A DNA stretch of 64,000 bases from an uncultured Gammaproteobacteria bacterium (GTDB taxonomy: Bacteria; Patescibacteriota; Microgenomatia; Daviesbacterales; UBA10151). Positions 1-9,405 of the stretch are shown here, one piece after another. Position numbers and translations under genes: made by a program. Position 1 is the stretch's first letter. Every line of letters begins with the position of its first letter. The notes under the pieces were generated by a model. The model was not told where the DNA came from and made no database searches. It saw only the letters and a program-made list of their open reading frames with translations. Location: the NCBI GenBank assembly GCA_964394855.1, contig CAYMZD010000004.1:8316-72315 (forward strand), given 5' to 3'.

Positions 1-1
1 T

Positions 2-1174
2 TTGACTATTGCTTCAGCTCAAATAAGCGAGAGTCAAGATTATGTACCTGGTCAGGTATTGGTAAAATTTAAAGATAATACTCCGGGAAATGCCATAGCA
101 GCAGAACTAAAAAGGCACAATGCTAAAGTATTAGATAAAATTATTGACTTAAACGTTCTTGTTTTAGGCGTGCCAGAGTCCCAAGAAGGAAGGGTGATTG
201 CTGCGCTTTCTAAAAACCCCAATGTGGAATATGCAGAAGTCAATGGTTTAGCCTTTGCCCTGCTTATCCCCAATGATACCTATTTTGCTTCTAATCAATG
301 GGGACTGGAAAACACTGGTCAAGTAATCAAAGGTACAACCGGGGTAGTTGATGCCGATATTGATGGGCCAACCGCTTGGGATACAACTCAAGGTGGAGTG
401 CCAGTAGCAATTCTGGACACAGGAATTGACCAAGATCACGAAGATTTATCTTCCAAAATCGTTTTGCAGAAAAATTTTACTGACTCATTGACAATTGATG
501 ATTTATATGGACATGGCACTCATGTTGGAGGGATAGTGGCCGCTATCACTAACAACAATACAGGAGTGGCCGGGGGCTGTCCTAATTGCCAATTGATGAA
601 TGGTAAAGTGTTAAATGACAGCGGGTCAGGGGCTTATTCTTGGATTGCCAATGGTGTGACTTGGGCAGCTAACAACAATGCCAAGGTGATCAACCTTTCC
701 CTGGGCGGATCTTTTAAATCGCAAACACTGGAAAATGCCGTCAACTATGCCTGGAATAAAGGCTCTATAGTTGTTGCTGCTGCTGGAAATTGTGGCTGTC
801 AGGCAAAAATTTATCCGGCAGCTTACCAAAATGCCATTGCTGTGGCAGCCACTAATAATAAGGACCAAAAGGCTTCATTCTCAAGCTATGGTGCTAAATG
901 GGTTGATGTGGCAGCTCCTGGTCAGGATATCTTCTCAACCTTCCCCAACCACCCATACAAAATTAACAAAAGTCTTAATTATGATTTTGGTTCGGGAACT
1001 TCCATGGCCACGCCTTTTGCCTCAGCTGTAGCGGCCCTTATTTGGTCAACACCCTATGGAACTTCTGCCTCTTCGGTTCGGACCAGGCTGGAGTTAACAG
1101 CTGATAAAATTCCAGGCACAGGTAATTACTGGTCTTCCGGTCGTATTAATGCTGCCAATGCGGTTGCCCCATAA
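2..1174 (+). CDS. Subtilisin-like S8 serine peptidase (5' end truncated by window edge)
   Basis: Asp/His/Ser triad motifs DTGID, GHGTHVGG and GTSMATP. Confidence 0.85.
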   Translation: MTIASAQISESQDYVPGQVLVKFKDNTPGNAIAAELKRHNAKVLDKIIDLNVLVLGVPESQEGRVIAALSKNPNVEYAEVNGLAFALLIPNDTYFASNQWGLENTGQVIKGTTGVVDADIDGPTAWDTTQGGVPVAILDTGIDQDHEDLSSKIVLQKNFTDSLTIDDLYGHGTHVGGIVAAITNNNTGVAGGCPNCQLMNGKVLNDSGSGAYSWIANGVTWAANNNAKVINLSLGGSFKSQTLENAVNYAWNKGSIVVAAAGNCGCQAKIYPAAYQNAIAVAATNNKDQKASFSSYGAKWVDVAAPGQDIFSTFPNHPYKINKSLNYDFGSGTSMATPFASAVAALIWSTPYGTSASSVRTRLELTADKIPGTGNYWSSGRINAANAVAP

Positions 1175-1245
1175 AAAGTATTTCAATCCATTGATTAATT
1201 TAGCCCATTTTGTTATACTAGCAACTGTTCTGCTTGGCTGATATT

Positions 1246-1446
1246 ATGCAAAATCTGATTCCAAACCCCTGTATCAAATGTGGAAAAGAAAGAATTCTCT
1301 CTAAAACCTGGAAAGAATATGTGGGAGTTAGTAAAAATCTTTTAATTCACACTTTGACAGTTTGCCCGGATACTGCCTGTCAGAAATTAGTTGATGAAGA
1401 TAATCTAGCCAGGATCAATAGAAAATTTCTTTTAAAAAGACACTAG
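1246..1446 (+). CDS. Small zinc-ribbon-like protein (CxxC ... CPDTAC)
   Basis: ORF 1234-1446; the internal ATG at 1246 is the likely start; four Cys in two pairs. Confidence 0.4.
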   Translation: MQNLIPNPCIKCGKERILSKTWKEYVGVSKNLLIHTLTVCPDTACQKLVDEDNLARINRKFLLKRH

Positions 1447-1452
1447 TTAAAT

Positions 1453-2154
1453 ATGCCCCTCCACATCTTTCATGATCAAGAAAAACCCAGAATTGGTAAT
1501 TCTTTAAGAGATATCATCCTGGGAGGACAAGATGGGTTGGTTAATGTTTTGGGGGTGGTACTGGGGGTTTCTGCCGTCACTGCGGATAAATCAATTATTA
1601 TTGCCACAGGTTTAGCAGCCACTTTTGCTGAATCTATTTCCATGGGGGCTGTCGCTTATACCTCATTTTTAACAGAGAAAAACAGATACCAAAAAGAGCT
1701 TAAAAATGAGCAGGAGGAGATTAGAAACATTCCCGCAAAAGAAAAAGAGGAGATTCGCCAAATCTATGCCGCCAAAGGATTTTCCGGCCAACTTTTGGAC
1801 GAAATTGTTAATACCATCTGTTCCAATAAAAAAGTGTGGGTAAATGTCATGATGAATGAGGAACTGCATTTGGCAAAAGTTTCTACCAGCACTGTTTTAA
1901 AAACAGCAGTGGTGGTGGGGGTGGCAGCATTTTTGGGTTCCTTAATTCCTTTGTGGCCCTTTATTGTTTTTAGTCATCAGATCGCCTTTATTTTGGCTTT
2001 GGTGATCAGTGCCCTGGCTTTATTTGCGGTTGGTTCATATCAAGCAGTCACTTTGGTGGGGGATTGGAAAAAATCAGGTTTACAAATGGTCATCATTGGT
2101 CTGGGTGCCGCTTTAATAGGCTTTTCAGTAGCCAGATTATTTAATACAACTTAA
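1453..2154 (+). CDS. VIT1/CCC1-family iron/manganese transporter
   Basis: Motif GGQDGLVNVLGVVLGVSA, a central E/K-rich helix and C-terminal TM helices. Confidence 0.7.
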   Translation: MPLHIFHDQEKPRIGNSLRDIILGGQDGLVNVLGVVLGVSAVTADKSIIIATGLAATFAESISMGAVAYTSFLTEKNRYQKELKNEQEEIRNIPAKEKEEIRQIYAAKGFSGQLLDEIVNTICSNKKVWVNVMMNEELHLAKVSTSTVLKTAVVVGVAAFLGSLIPLWPFIVFSHQIAFILALVISALALFAVGSYQAVTLVGDWKKSGLQMVIIGLGAALIGFSVARLFNTT

Positions 2155-2177
2155 AAAGCAAGGGGGTGAAGTTAATG

Positions 2178-2366
2178 TATAAAAAAATTGAAAGCTATTT
2201 TGCCAAACACGTTTATTTTAATTCCACAGTGCATGTACTAGTGGGTATGGGAGCGGGGTTTTTGCTTTATAATGTACTGGCAGCTCCTCATCCAGTGCGT
2301 TGGGGAGTGTTATTTTTAAGCCTGGGGATATTAGGCCATTTATACCCGCTGATGATAAAAAAATAG
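2178..2366 (+). CDS. Small membrane protein
   Basis: Two predicted TM helices; SD AAGGGGGTGA lies 5 nt upstream of the ATG. Confidence 0.4.
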   Translation, partial: YKKIESYFAKHVYFNSTVHVLVGMGAGFLLYNVLAAPHPVRWGVLFLSLGILGHLYPLMIKK

Positions 2367-2378
2367 CTGTTTGTGTCT

Positions 2379-3983
2379 TTAAAATGAGCAATATTGAGGG
2401 ATGTTTTTTTGTAGCGATAAACACTTTTCCCTGGGGTTGGTGGAATAGGCCTTTAGCACCACCTCTCCTGTCAAATCTTTAATTTCAAACAGCAAAGTTA
2501 GTTTATGCTCCAATGCTTGTTTGCCAGAAACAGCAAGCTGGTCTCCCACTAAAATTAAGTCTTGGTAGATATCCTCCTCCCAGTTGATCGGTCTTGTTTC
2601 AATGTTGGCAAATTTATAATAACGGTCAAACTCCACCGCCTGGTAATATTGGTCAATAATTTTTGAGCCATATTCCTCTTGAAATTTAACTGGGTCATAC
2701 TTGGTATAAAAAACTAATAAGGCATGAGGAGGGCTACCTCTGCCTGTTTCAATAATAAACTGGCGTTGGGGAAACTGTTTGGTTTTTTCAGCCAGTTCTT
2801 TATAGGCAAAATCCCAATCTTTAGCCCGCTCGTATTTTAAAAGGACAAAATATGAGGAATAAAGCTGGTATACGGAAATGACAATTAAAAAAACTGCCAA
2901 CAGGATTTTGACTAATGGGAGGCGAAGCTTTTGTAAAATATCATCCAGTCCCAGCCCCACAATCACAGCAAGGCCCCACAAAGAGGGTAAGGTGCGGAAG
3001 CTGGAAAAGGGGTCTTTGGTTAGGGCTGCTAAAATTGGGCTGATGAATATTAAAAAAAGCAAGCTTTGGAACTTTTTATCTAATCGCTTTGGAACAAGAG
3101 TCAACAGCCCCCAAAAGAGGGGAATAATCATCCAAGGGTAAAATGTACTTAAATTGGGGATGGAACGTTGTCTGTCCGGATCTGGATCAAAAAATAAATT
3201 CCGGGGAGAAAAATAAGCTGTATATTGAGAAAAAAACTCCCGCACCAAATTTCCCTTTTCCAGATAGCTTTGGCCACTGAAGCGAATGGTGGCTGCTGGT
3301 GAGGTTAAAAGAATTAGCTGGGGAAGTAGCATTAAAGCAAAGATTAAAAAAGACAGAAAAAGGATTTTGGGCTGCTTTAAAAAGGTGTTTTTAAAAATAA
3401 TAAGGAAACCGATTAAAAAAAGAGTGGCCACCACTCTCTCGGCGCTGTAGCCATAAGTTGATAAGGCCAAGAAAAAGACAGCCAGAGTGATAAACCAAGT
3501 CTTTGTCAGTGATTTTAATAAAAAATAAAAGCCGATCAGTAAAAGTACCAGCCCTAAATTTGGTTCATCTACACCTCGGCTTAAAAATATGGCCCAAGGA
3601 GAAATTGCCACCACCAAAGAGGCTAAGGCGGCTTTGGCAAAGTTTTTAGGCCAAATTTCCAAAACAATTAAAAAAGTGAAAAAAGTCACTAAAACGCCGG
3701 CAAATGCCGATAAAAAGCGGATGGTAAAAATAGACAACCCCCAAAATTTAACCAGGGGTGCACTTAAATGGGCATAAAGTGGTGCTCCATAGGTGCCCAG
3801 TCCCCGTAAAAATACAGGAAAGCGCATGCCGTATTCGTCTTTGCCTGTTTGGGCAATAGAATAGGCATTGTACCCTTGGACTGCCTCATCCACATAAAAG
3901 CCCGGCGGTATTTCCTCAAGCTGATAAAAACGCCAAAAAATGGCCAGGATGATGATAAAAACCACTGTTAATGTTTTAACCAC
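2379..3983 (-). CDS. GT-C fold glycosyltransferase (GT39/ArnT/PMT-like membrane mannosyltransferase)
   Basis: N-terminal YVDEAVQGYNAYS loop with a DE motif, followed by many TM helices. Confidence 0.75.
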   Translation of the reverse strand: MVKTLTVVFIIILAIFWRFYQLEEIPPGFYVDEAVQGYNAYSIAQTGKDEYGMRFPVFLRGLGTYGAPLYAHLSAPLVKFWGLSIFTIRFLSAFAGVLVTFFTFLIVLEIWPKNFAKAALASLVVAISPWAIFLSRGVDEPNLGLVLLLIGFYFLLKSLTKTWFITLAVFFLALSTYGYSAERVVATLFLIGFLIIFKNTFLKQPKILFLSFLIFALMLLPQLILLTSPAATIRFSGQSYLEKGNLVREFFSQYTAYFSPRNLFFDPDPDRQRSIPNLSTFYPWMIIPLFWGLLTLVPKRLDKKFQSLLFLIFISPILAALTKDPFSSFRTLPSLWGLAVIVGLGLDDILQKLRLPLVKILLAVFLIVISVYQLYSSYFVLLKYERAKDWDFAYKELAEKTKQFPQRQFIIETGRGSPPHALLVFYTKYDPVKFQEEYGSKIIDQYYQAVEFDRYYKFANIETRPINWEEDIYQDLILVGDQLAVSGKQALEHKLTLLFEIKDLTGEVVLKAYSTNPREKCLSLQKNIPQYCSF

Positions 3984-4474
3984 TTGATTGCTCCTAACAT
4001 GCCCCAGACTATAGTTAACACCATAAATGGATAAAGTAGAATAGGTCCTTGGGTTCTACTCCCTAACAGGGAGCTTAATACCAGAACCAATCCATATATT
4101 AAAAGTAGTTTTGGTTTTTGTTTAAAAATGAAATAAAGACCCAACAAAAAAAATGGTAAAAATACGGCAGGGAATTTTTCAGATTCATTGAAATCTCTTC
4201 TCTCTCTGGGATGACTGGCAAAAAAATACAAATTTATATCAAGATTTTGGAAAAAATTTTGCTCTAATTTTTGCCAAGAAAATATTAATTTATTTTGAAA
4301 AACTTGCCCCCAACCATTTGGATAATAGCTTCTTCTTTGGTTAATAAGAAAAACTTCTTCTGCATCTTGTTGCCAGATAGCGTGGTCTCCTTCCAGCTTG
4401 GTGTTGGTGAGAACTTGATAGGTCCAAGGGCTTAACAAAATAACTAGTGATAAAATAATGGGTAAAAGAAACAC
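3968..4474 (-). CDS. Hypothetical polytopic membrane protein
   Basis: Hydrophobic ORF that overlaps the downstream glycosyltransferase start by 16 nt. Confidence 0.5.
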   Translation of the reverse strand: MFLLPIILSLVILLSPWTYQVLTNTKLEGDHAIWQQDAEEVFLINQRRSYYPNGWGQVFQNKLIFSWQKLEQNFFQNLDINLYFFASHPRERRDFNESEKFPAVFLPFFLLGLYFIFKQKPKLLLIYGLVLVLSSLLGSRTQGPILLYPFMVLTIVWGMLGAIKWLKH

Positions 4475-4487
4475 CTAACCATTTAAG

Positions 4488-4924
4488 TTATTGGACAACG
4501 ACTACTCCGGTTGAAGAAGGATTTAGGTGGTCATGGTATTTATAAGTGCCGGCTACTGGAAAGATGAGTAATTTTTGGTTTCCTGGCTGGATAGTACCTA
4601 AGTTAAGAGGTGGATAGATCAGATGGGTTGGGTGCACGGCTGAATTAACAGCATGAGCGCTACTATCCGAGTTCATCCAATTCACAGACTCACCCTTTTT
4701 AATAGTGATACTAGAGGGGTTAAAACCAGTAGAACTAATAGTGACCACATTTTGCGCAGCCGTAGCAGAGGTAGTGGCAGGAGACGGACTGGGGGAAGGA
4801 GAGCTGGTATAGGTTGATGAAGGTTGAGAAGGGTTATATCCACCCTGTGATTTAAAAAGCATATATCCACCCACGAGAAGTATTACCACCACCGCCAAAA
4901 TGATAATTAGGTTGTTGCGAGACA
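4488..4924 (-). CDS. Membrane-anchored cupredoxin-like domain protein
   Basis: Likely start is MSRNNL (ATG reverse complement at ~4924). It has a TM helix, an S/P/T-rich linker and a cupredoxin-like C-terminus (HAVNSAVHPTH...YKYHDH). Confidence 0.55.
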
Positions 4925-4979
4925 TAGATATTATGACTATACTTTTAAAGTAAGATCTTGTCAAGGGGGTGATCAAAAT

Positions 4980-5165
4980 ATGTGCTTTAACTGTGGGTGT
5001 GGAATGACGGATGATGATATGGGTAATCCGGATAACATTACCAATAAAACCATTGAAAAAGCTGCCAAAGCCTCCGGCCAAAGCAAAAAGCAAACCTTAA
5101 AAAATATTATTGAGTCTGCCCAAAAAGAGCTGCAAAAAGTGATTAAACAGGCAGGGAAAAGCTAA
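4980..5165 (+). CDS. Small Cys-rich protein (MCFNCGCG...), K-rich helical tail
   Basis: SD AAGGGGGTGA lies 8 nt upstream of the ATG, the same SD string as at 2178. It is convergent with the histidine kinase. Confidence 0.35.
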   Translation: MCFNCGCGMTDDDMGNPDNITNKTIEKAAKASGQSKKQTLKNIIESAQKELQKVIKQAGKS

Positions 5166-6312
5166 AAGTTGAACCTTTGCCAAGCTCGGACTCAACCCAA
5201 ATTTTGCCATGGTGCATCTCCACCAGGGATTTAGTGATATAAAGGCCTAAACCCGTACCTTTGGTGCCGCCTTCCAAAGATCCTGAAACTCGGAAAAATT
5301 TACTAAAAAGTTCAGGTACGGCTTCTGGGGGAATGCCATGGCCGGTGTCTTGAACATGAGTGATCACATCCATCCCTTTTACTTCCACCCCCACCTTAAT
5401 CTTTCCTCCGGGTTCAGTATATTTGATGGCATTAGACAGCAAGTTGGCCAAAACTTCATTGATCCTGACTTTATCAACTTTCAGCCTGGGAATGGTTTGT
5501 GAAGGGGTGTCAAATATGAGTTCCACCCCTTTTTGCTTAGCTTGATCTTCAAAAAGCTTGATAGCTTCATTTACCAGCATTGGCCAATCCACAGCTTCCA
5601 AAGTAACATTTAAAACTCCTCTTTCGATGCGGGAGACTGAAAGCAAATTTTCCACCAATGTATTAAGTTGTTCGGTAGCAGCATTAGCATTTTGCAAAAG
5701 TTGTGTCTGATCAGCCGTTAAGCGATCTTTATTTTCTTCCAAGAAAACTGATAAATAACCCTTCATGGAGGTGAGGGGAGTGCGAAGTTCGTGGGCAGCC
5801 ATGGAGACAAAGTCAAACTTCATCCGTTCCAGCTTGACCTCTTGACTAACATCATGTAAGGTGAGGATACAACTTAAACTTTCGCCTACTGGTAGTTGAC
5901 TGGATATTAAATCAACTTGGGCTTCTTTCTTACCCACAATTTTTAAATCTTCTTTGGTAAAAATTACTCCTGCAAAACCTGGTCTGATTGGGCAATAGTT
6001 TAAAAATGTCAATTCAGTTTCTTTATCATAGAGTTTGATTATTTGATCAAATGGTTTCCCCCAAGCCTCAAGGGAGCCGAAGCCAGTGATGTTTTCCGCA
6101 GCTTTATTAAAAAGTGTGATGGTACGGTCTGCCCGAACCACAATGATGCCATCGGTGGTACCAGATAGGGCAACTAATAAATTGCTTTGCTGTGTGAGTA
6201 TTTGTTGCTTTTCCTGTTCGCTTTTTTGCCAAGATAAGCGCAGACTATCCAGCTCGGTATCCAGATCACTGTTTCGGGAAGAAAATAAATTTTTTAACCA
6301 CTGGGGCAGCAT
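5143..6312 (-). CDS. PAS-domain sensor histidine kinase (cytoplasmic, orphan)
   Basis: H-box HELRTPLTSMKGY; HATPase_c N/G1/G2 boxes (NLLSNAIKYT, DTGHGIP, GTGLGL); no adjacent response regulator. Confidence 0.85.
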   Translation of the reverse strand: MLPQWLKNLFSSRNSDLDTELDSLRLSWQKSEQEKQQILTQQSNLLVALSGTTDGIIVVRADRTITLFNKAAENITGFGSLEAWGKPFDQIIKLYDKETELTFLNYCPIRPGFAGVIFTKEDLKIVGKKEAQVDLISSQLPVGESLSCILTLHDVSQEVKLERMKFDFVSMAAHELRTPLTSMKGYLSVFLEENKDRLTADQTQLLQNANAATEQLNTLVENLLSVSRIERGVLNVTLEAVDWPMLVNEAIKLFEDQAKQKGVELIFDTPSQTIPRLKVDKVRINEVLANLLSNAIKYTEPGGKIKVGVEVKGMDVITHVQDTGHGIPPEAVPELFSKFFRVSGSLEGGTKGTGLGLYITKSLVEMHHGKIWVESELGKGSTFSFSLPV

Positions 6313-6333
6313 AAGTTCATTCTAACATGAACT

Positions 6334-7038
6334 TTACTTCATGGGCCAATCATAGCCTGGGAAAAAGTCTCGTTTAAGGCGTTCATCCAAAACTTGCAGG
6401 TCTGACAGAATCTTTTCCAAGCTTTGCACCATTGGTTCAGGACCGGAAACATAGAAATAATAGTTAAGCGAGATGATTTTAGTATCAAGCATTTTTTGTA
6501 ATTTCTCTTGATCCAACTGGTTACTTTCTCCTATAAAATATTGGATTTTAAAATTGGGGTAGTTAGGAAGCAAACTCTCCAGTTCATCTTTGAATACAAT
6601 GTTTTCATCTCGGTTGGCATATAACAGAGTAATATTAATGGGTTGATTTTTATGAGCTAGATCCAAAAGAATAGACCTAAAAGGGGTAATACCAATTCCA
6701 CCAGAAATAAAAACATAAGTTTGGTTAGGATCATTTATAACAAAGCTGCCTTTGGGACCCTCGGCCTCTAAAGTTTGTCCTACCTCCAGAGCAAAAAGTG
6801 CTTTTTTAAAAGAACTGCCCGTATCTTTGGTAAAGCGGGTGGTTAACATCACCTTTTGCTCATATGGAGCGCTGGCAATGGTAAAATAACGTTTTACTCC
6901 CCGCTCATCAGGGTTAGGATGCTCTAGGGTATACTCTAAAAACTGCCCGGCTTGCCAAGAAATTGGTTGTGCCGGCTGAAAAACAAAAGAAATTACTCCA
7001 GGCACTTCTTCTTTTTTGCTTTGCAAAGTTAGTTGCAT
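6334..7038 (-). CDS. FNR-like FAD/NAD(P)-binding oxidoreductase
   Basis: Motifs RYFTIASAP (FAD binding) and GGIGITP (NAD binding). Confidence 0.7.
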   Translation of the reverse strand: MQLTLQSKKEEVPGVISFVFQPAQPISWQAGQFLEYTLEHPNPDERGVKRYFTIASAPYEQKVMLTTRFTKDTGSSFKKALFALEVGQTLEAEGPKGSFVINDPNQTYVFISGGIGITPFRSILLDLAHKNQPINITLLYANRDENIVFKDELESLLPNYPNFKIQYFIGESNQLDQEKLQKMLDTKIISLNYYFYVSGPEPMVQSLEKILSDLQVLDERLKRDFFPGYDWPMK

Positions 7039-7073
7039 GATTTTATTCCATTATAAATGTTACAATAAGTTTT

Positions 7074-7727
7074 GTGAAGATTCGGCTGTCCTTATTTTTT
7101 TTATCTTTTTTTGTCTTTTTTGTCTTTACTTTATTTTCCTATTCTGTGGCCAAAGAAGCTTGGCAACAAATTGATTTTGACTCAACAGTTAAAATTCAGG
7201 ATAAAATTCCAAGATATTGGGACGGCTACTTTTCTTATTTTTCTTTTATAGGCAGTGCAGAAGTAACCATAGGAATAGCTTTAATATTAGCTATATTAAG
7301 TATAATCAGATTAAAATTTTGGTCTTTTGTGGGCTGGCTTTTGATTTTTCCCGCTTCTTTTTTTGAAGTATTTGGCAAGTTGGTAGTTTTCCATCCGGGG
7401 CCGCCCGTGTTATTTCACAGAAACATCCTGGAAACAACGCTACCCAGTTTTTATATTCATACTAATTTTTCCTACCCTTCAGGCCATATGACCAGAACTG
7501 TTTTTTTAATCACCGTATTATTGATATTGGCCTTGACTTGGAGGAGCCTTTTCATCAAGTGGGTGGTAATTTTGGCCTTAGTCTTTTTAGGCCTGATGAT
7601 GACTTTAACCAGAGTTTATTTGGGAGAACACTGGTTATCTGATGTTTTGGGGGGAGGACTTTTGGGGTTGACGGCTGGTCTTTTTGCCTCGGGACTCATC
7701 CTTGCAAAGAAAAAAAGTTTGAGGTAA
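7074..7727 (+). CDS. PAP2-family membrane phosphatase
   Basis: Motifs YPSGH and RVYLGEHWLSDVLGG. Confidence 0.7.
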   Translation: MKIRLSLFFLSFFVFFVFTLFSYSVAKEAWQQIDFDSTVKIQDKIPRYWDGYFSYFSFIGSAEVTIGIALILAILSIIRLKFWSFVGWLLIFPASFFEVFGKLVVFHPGPPVLFHRNILETTLPSFYIHTNFSYPSGHMTRTVFLITVLLILALTWRSLFIKWVVILALVFLGLMMTLTRVYLGEHWLSDVLGGGLLGLTAGLFASGLILAKKKSLR

Positions 7728-7760
7728 CATAAAGGTGCTGCCTTAAGGGGGTGAGTATTC

Positions 7761-7994
7761 TTGTCAAGAAATGTGACCATTGTGGTGATTATTTTGATTT
7801 TGGTGGTGATTGCAGGATACCTGGTTTGGCTTCGTGGGCGTTATCAGCAGCAGATCAGCCCACAGGTGCAAACTGAAACAACATCTTCACCAACTCCGTA
7901 TTTGACTCCTTCCCCTTCTGCCACTGTGTCAGCGACCCCTTCTGCCATACCAAAAGGGACAAAAACTGGAACAGGTAGTTCTGGGGTAAGATAA
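7761..7994 (+). CDS. Small membrane protein with S/T/P-rich tail (TTG start)
   Basis: Single TM helix followed by a low-complexity region. Confidence 0.35.
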   Translation: MSRNVTIVVIILILVVIAGYLVWLRGRYQQQISPQVQTETTSSPTPYLTPSPSATVSATPSAIPKGTKTGTGSSGVR

Positions 7995-8011
7995 TTACTT
8001 AATTTGATTCT

Positions 8012-8941
8012 ATGAGAAAGTCTGGGGTTGAAAAATTAATTATTGTTGGTTCTGGGCCGGCTGGGCTAACAGCAGCTATTTATGCAGCCAGAGGGAATTT
8101 AAATCCAGTGGTTATTACTGGAAGGGAAGCTGGCGGGCAATTAATGTTAACTACAGATGTGGATGATTTTCCCGGATTTGAAAGTGGCATCCAGGGACCG
8201 GAATTGATGGCTAAAATGCGCAAACAAGCTAAAAGGTTTAGCGTCAGATTTATAGATGAAGATGTTGTATCTGTAAATTTAAAAACTCAGCCTTTTGTGA
8301 TTAAAACTGAAAGCATGATTCTTAATTCTAACAGCTTGATTCTCGCTACAGGGGCTTCAGCTATGTGGTTGGGACTTTCTTCAGAGAAGCGCCTAATCGG
8401 TCATGGAGTATCAGCCTGTGCTATCTGTGATGCTCCTTTTTTCCAAGATAAAAAGGTAATTGTGGTGGGAGGAGGGGATACCGCTATGAGGGAAGCCAAT
8501 CACTTATCCAAGTTTTGTCAGTCAGTGGCTGTTGTTCATCGCCGCGGGGAACTGCGGGCCCAAGCTGCGCTGCAGCAGTTAGTTAAATCCAAAAAGAATG
8601 TAAATTTTATCTGGAATACGGTTGTGGAAGAAGTGTTGGGACAGGAAAAAGTGACAGGAGTGAGGTTAAAAAATACTCAAGATGGGAGGATGGAAGAATT
8701 AGCAGTTGATGGAGTGTTTGTGGCCATTGGACATCGGCCCAACACCGACTTTTTAAAAGGGCAACTGCCATTGGATGAAAAAGGATATGTGGTGGTAGAA
8801 AACGAAACCCATACTAAAGTGCCTGGTGTCTTTGTGGCCGGGGATGTGGCAGATTATCATTACCGCCAAGCAGCCACAGCCGCTGGCATGGGTTGTAAAG
8901 CATCCTTTGACGTTGAAGAATATTTGGAAAATTTAAAATAG
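8012..8941 (+). CDS. trxB: Thioredoxin-disulfide reductase
   Basis: FAD site GSGPAGLTAA, redox centre CAIC, NADPH site GGGDTA. Confidence 0.9.
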   Translation: MRKSGVEKLIIVGSGPAGLTAAIYAARGNLNPVVITGREAGGQLMLTTDVDDFPGFESGIQGPELMAKMRKQAKRFSVRFIDEDVVSVNLKTQPFVIKTESMILNSNSLILATGASAMWLGLSSEKRLIGHGVSACAICDAPFFQDKKVIVVGGGDTAMREANHLSKFCQSVAVVHRRGELRAQAALQQLVKSKKNVNFIWNTVVEEVLGQEKVTGVRLKNTQDGRMEELAVDGVFVAIGHRPNTDFLKGQLPLDEKGYVVVENETHTKVPGVFVAGDVADYHYRQAATAAGMGCKASFDVEEYLENLK

Positions 8942-8958
8942 ATGATATAATTGGCTCT

Positions 8959-9405
8959 ATGAAGTCATTATTATCTCAATTCATCAAATTGCTTCCCTCA
9001 AAACCAGTTTTTGCCCATTGTGATATTCCCTGCGGGATTTATGATCCCAAGCCGGCCCAGCTGGCTGCTCAAACAGTTTTAAAAATGGTTAATTTGATGA
9101 GTGAACTGCAACCCACCACTAGTGAACCGCCGTTTGAGGAAAGAAAGAAGATCATTTCTCAAATTTCCAGATTAACCAGAGTCAAGGAAGATCATGCTGA
9201 AGCGTGCAAAAGAGAAGTGTTAATTTTGTGGACAGATTATTTTAAAAGTGAGCATTTGGAAAAATTCCCGGATTTACATGATTTGATTTGGAAAACCTGT
9301 AAACTTTGTTCTGATAATAAAAGAGCCGTGGATGAGGCTAAAGCCCAAGAATTAGTTGAGGCTGTAGATAAAATAGCAGAGGTTTTTAATCAAACTAAAA
9401 AGTGA
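8959..9405 (+). CDS. sodN: Nickel superoxide dismutase precursor
   Basis: An 18-aa propeptide is followed by the Ni-hook HCDIPCGIYDP; TGATATAAT box 7 nt upstream of the ATG. Confidence 0.85.
   Translation: MKSLLSQFIKLLPSKPVFAHCDIPCGIYDPKPAQLAAQTVLKMVNLMSELQPTTSEPPFEERKKIISQISRLTRVKEDHAEACKREVLILWTDYFKSEHLEKFPDLHDLIWKTCKLCSDNKRAVDEAKAQELVEAVDKIAEVFNQTKK

Noticed and set aside
2878-3777. Plus-strand ORFs 2878-3141 and 3589-3777
   Set aside because: They are antisense to the long, well-supported GT-C glycosyltransferase gene, with K/R-rich products typical of antisense AT-rich frames.
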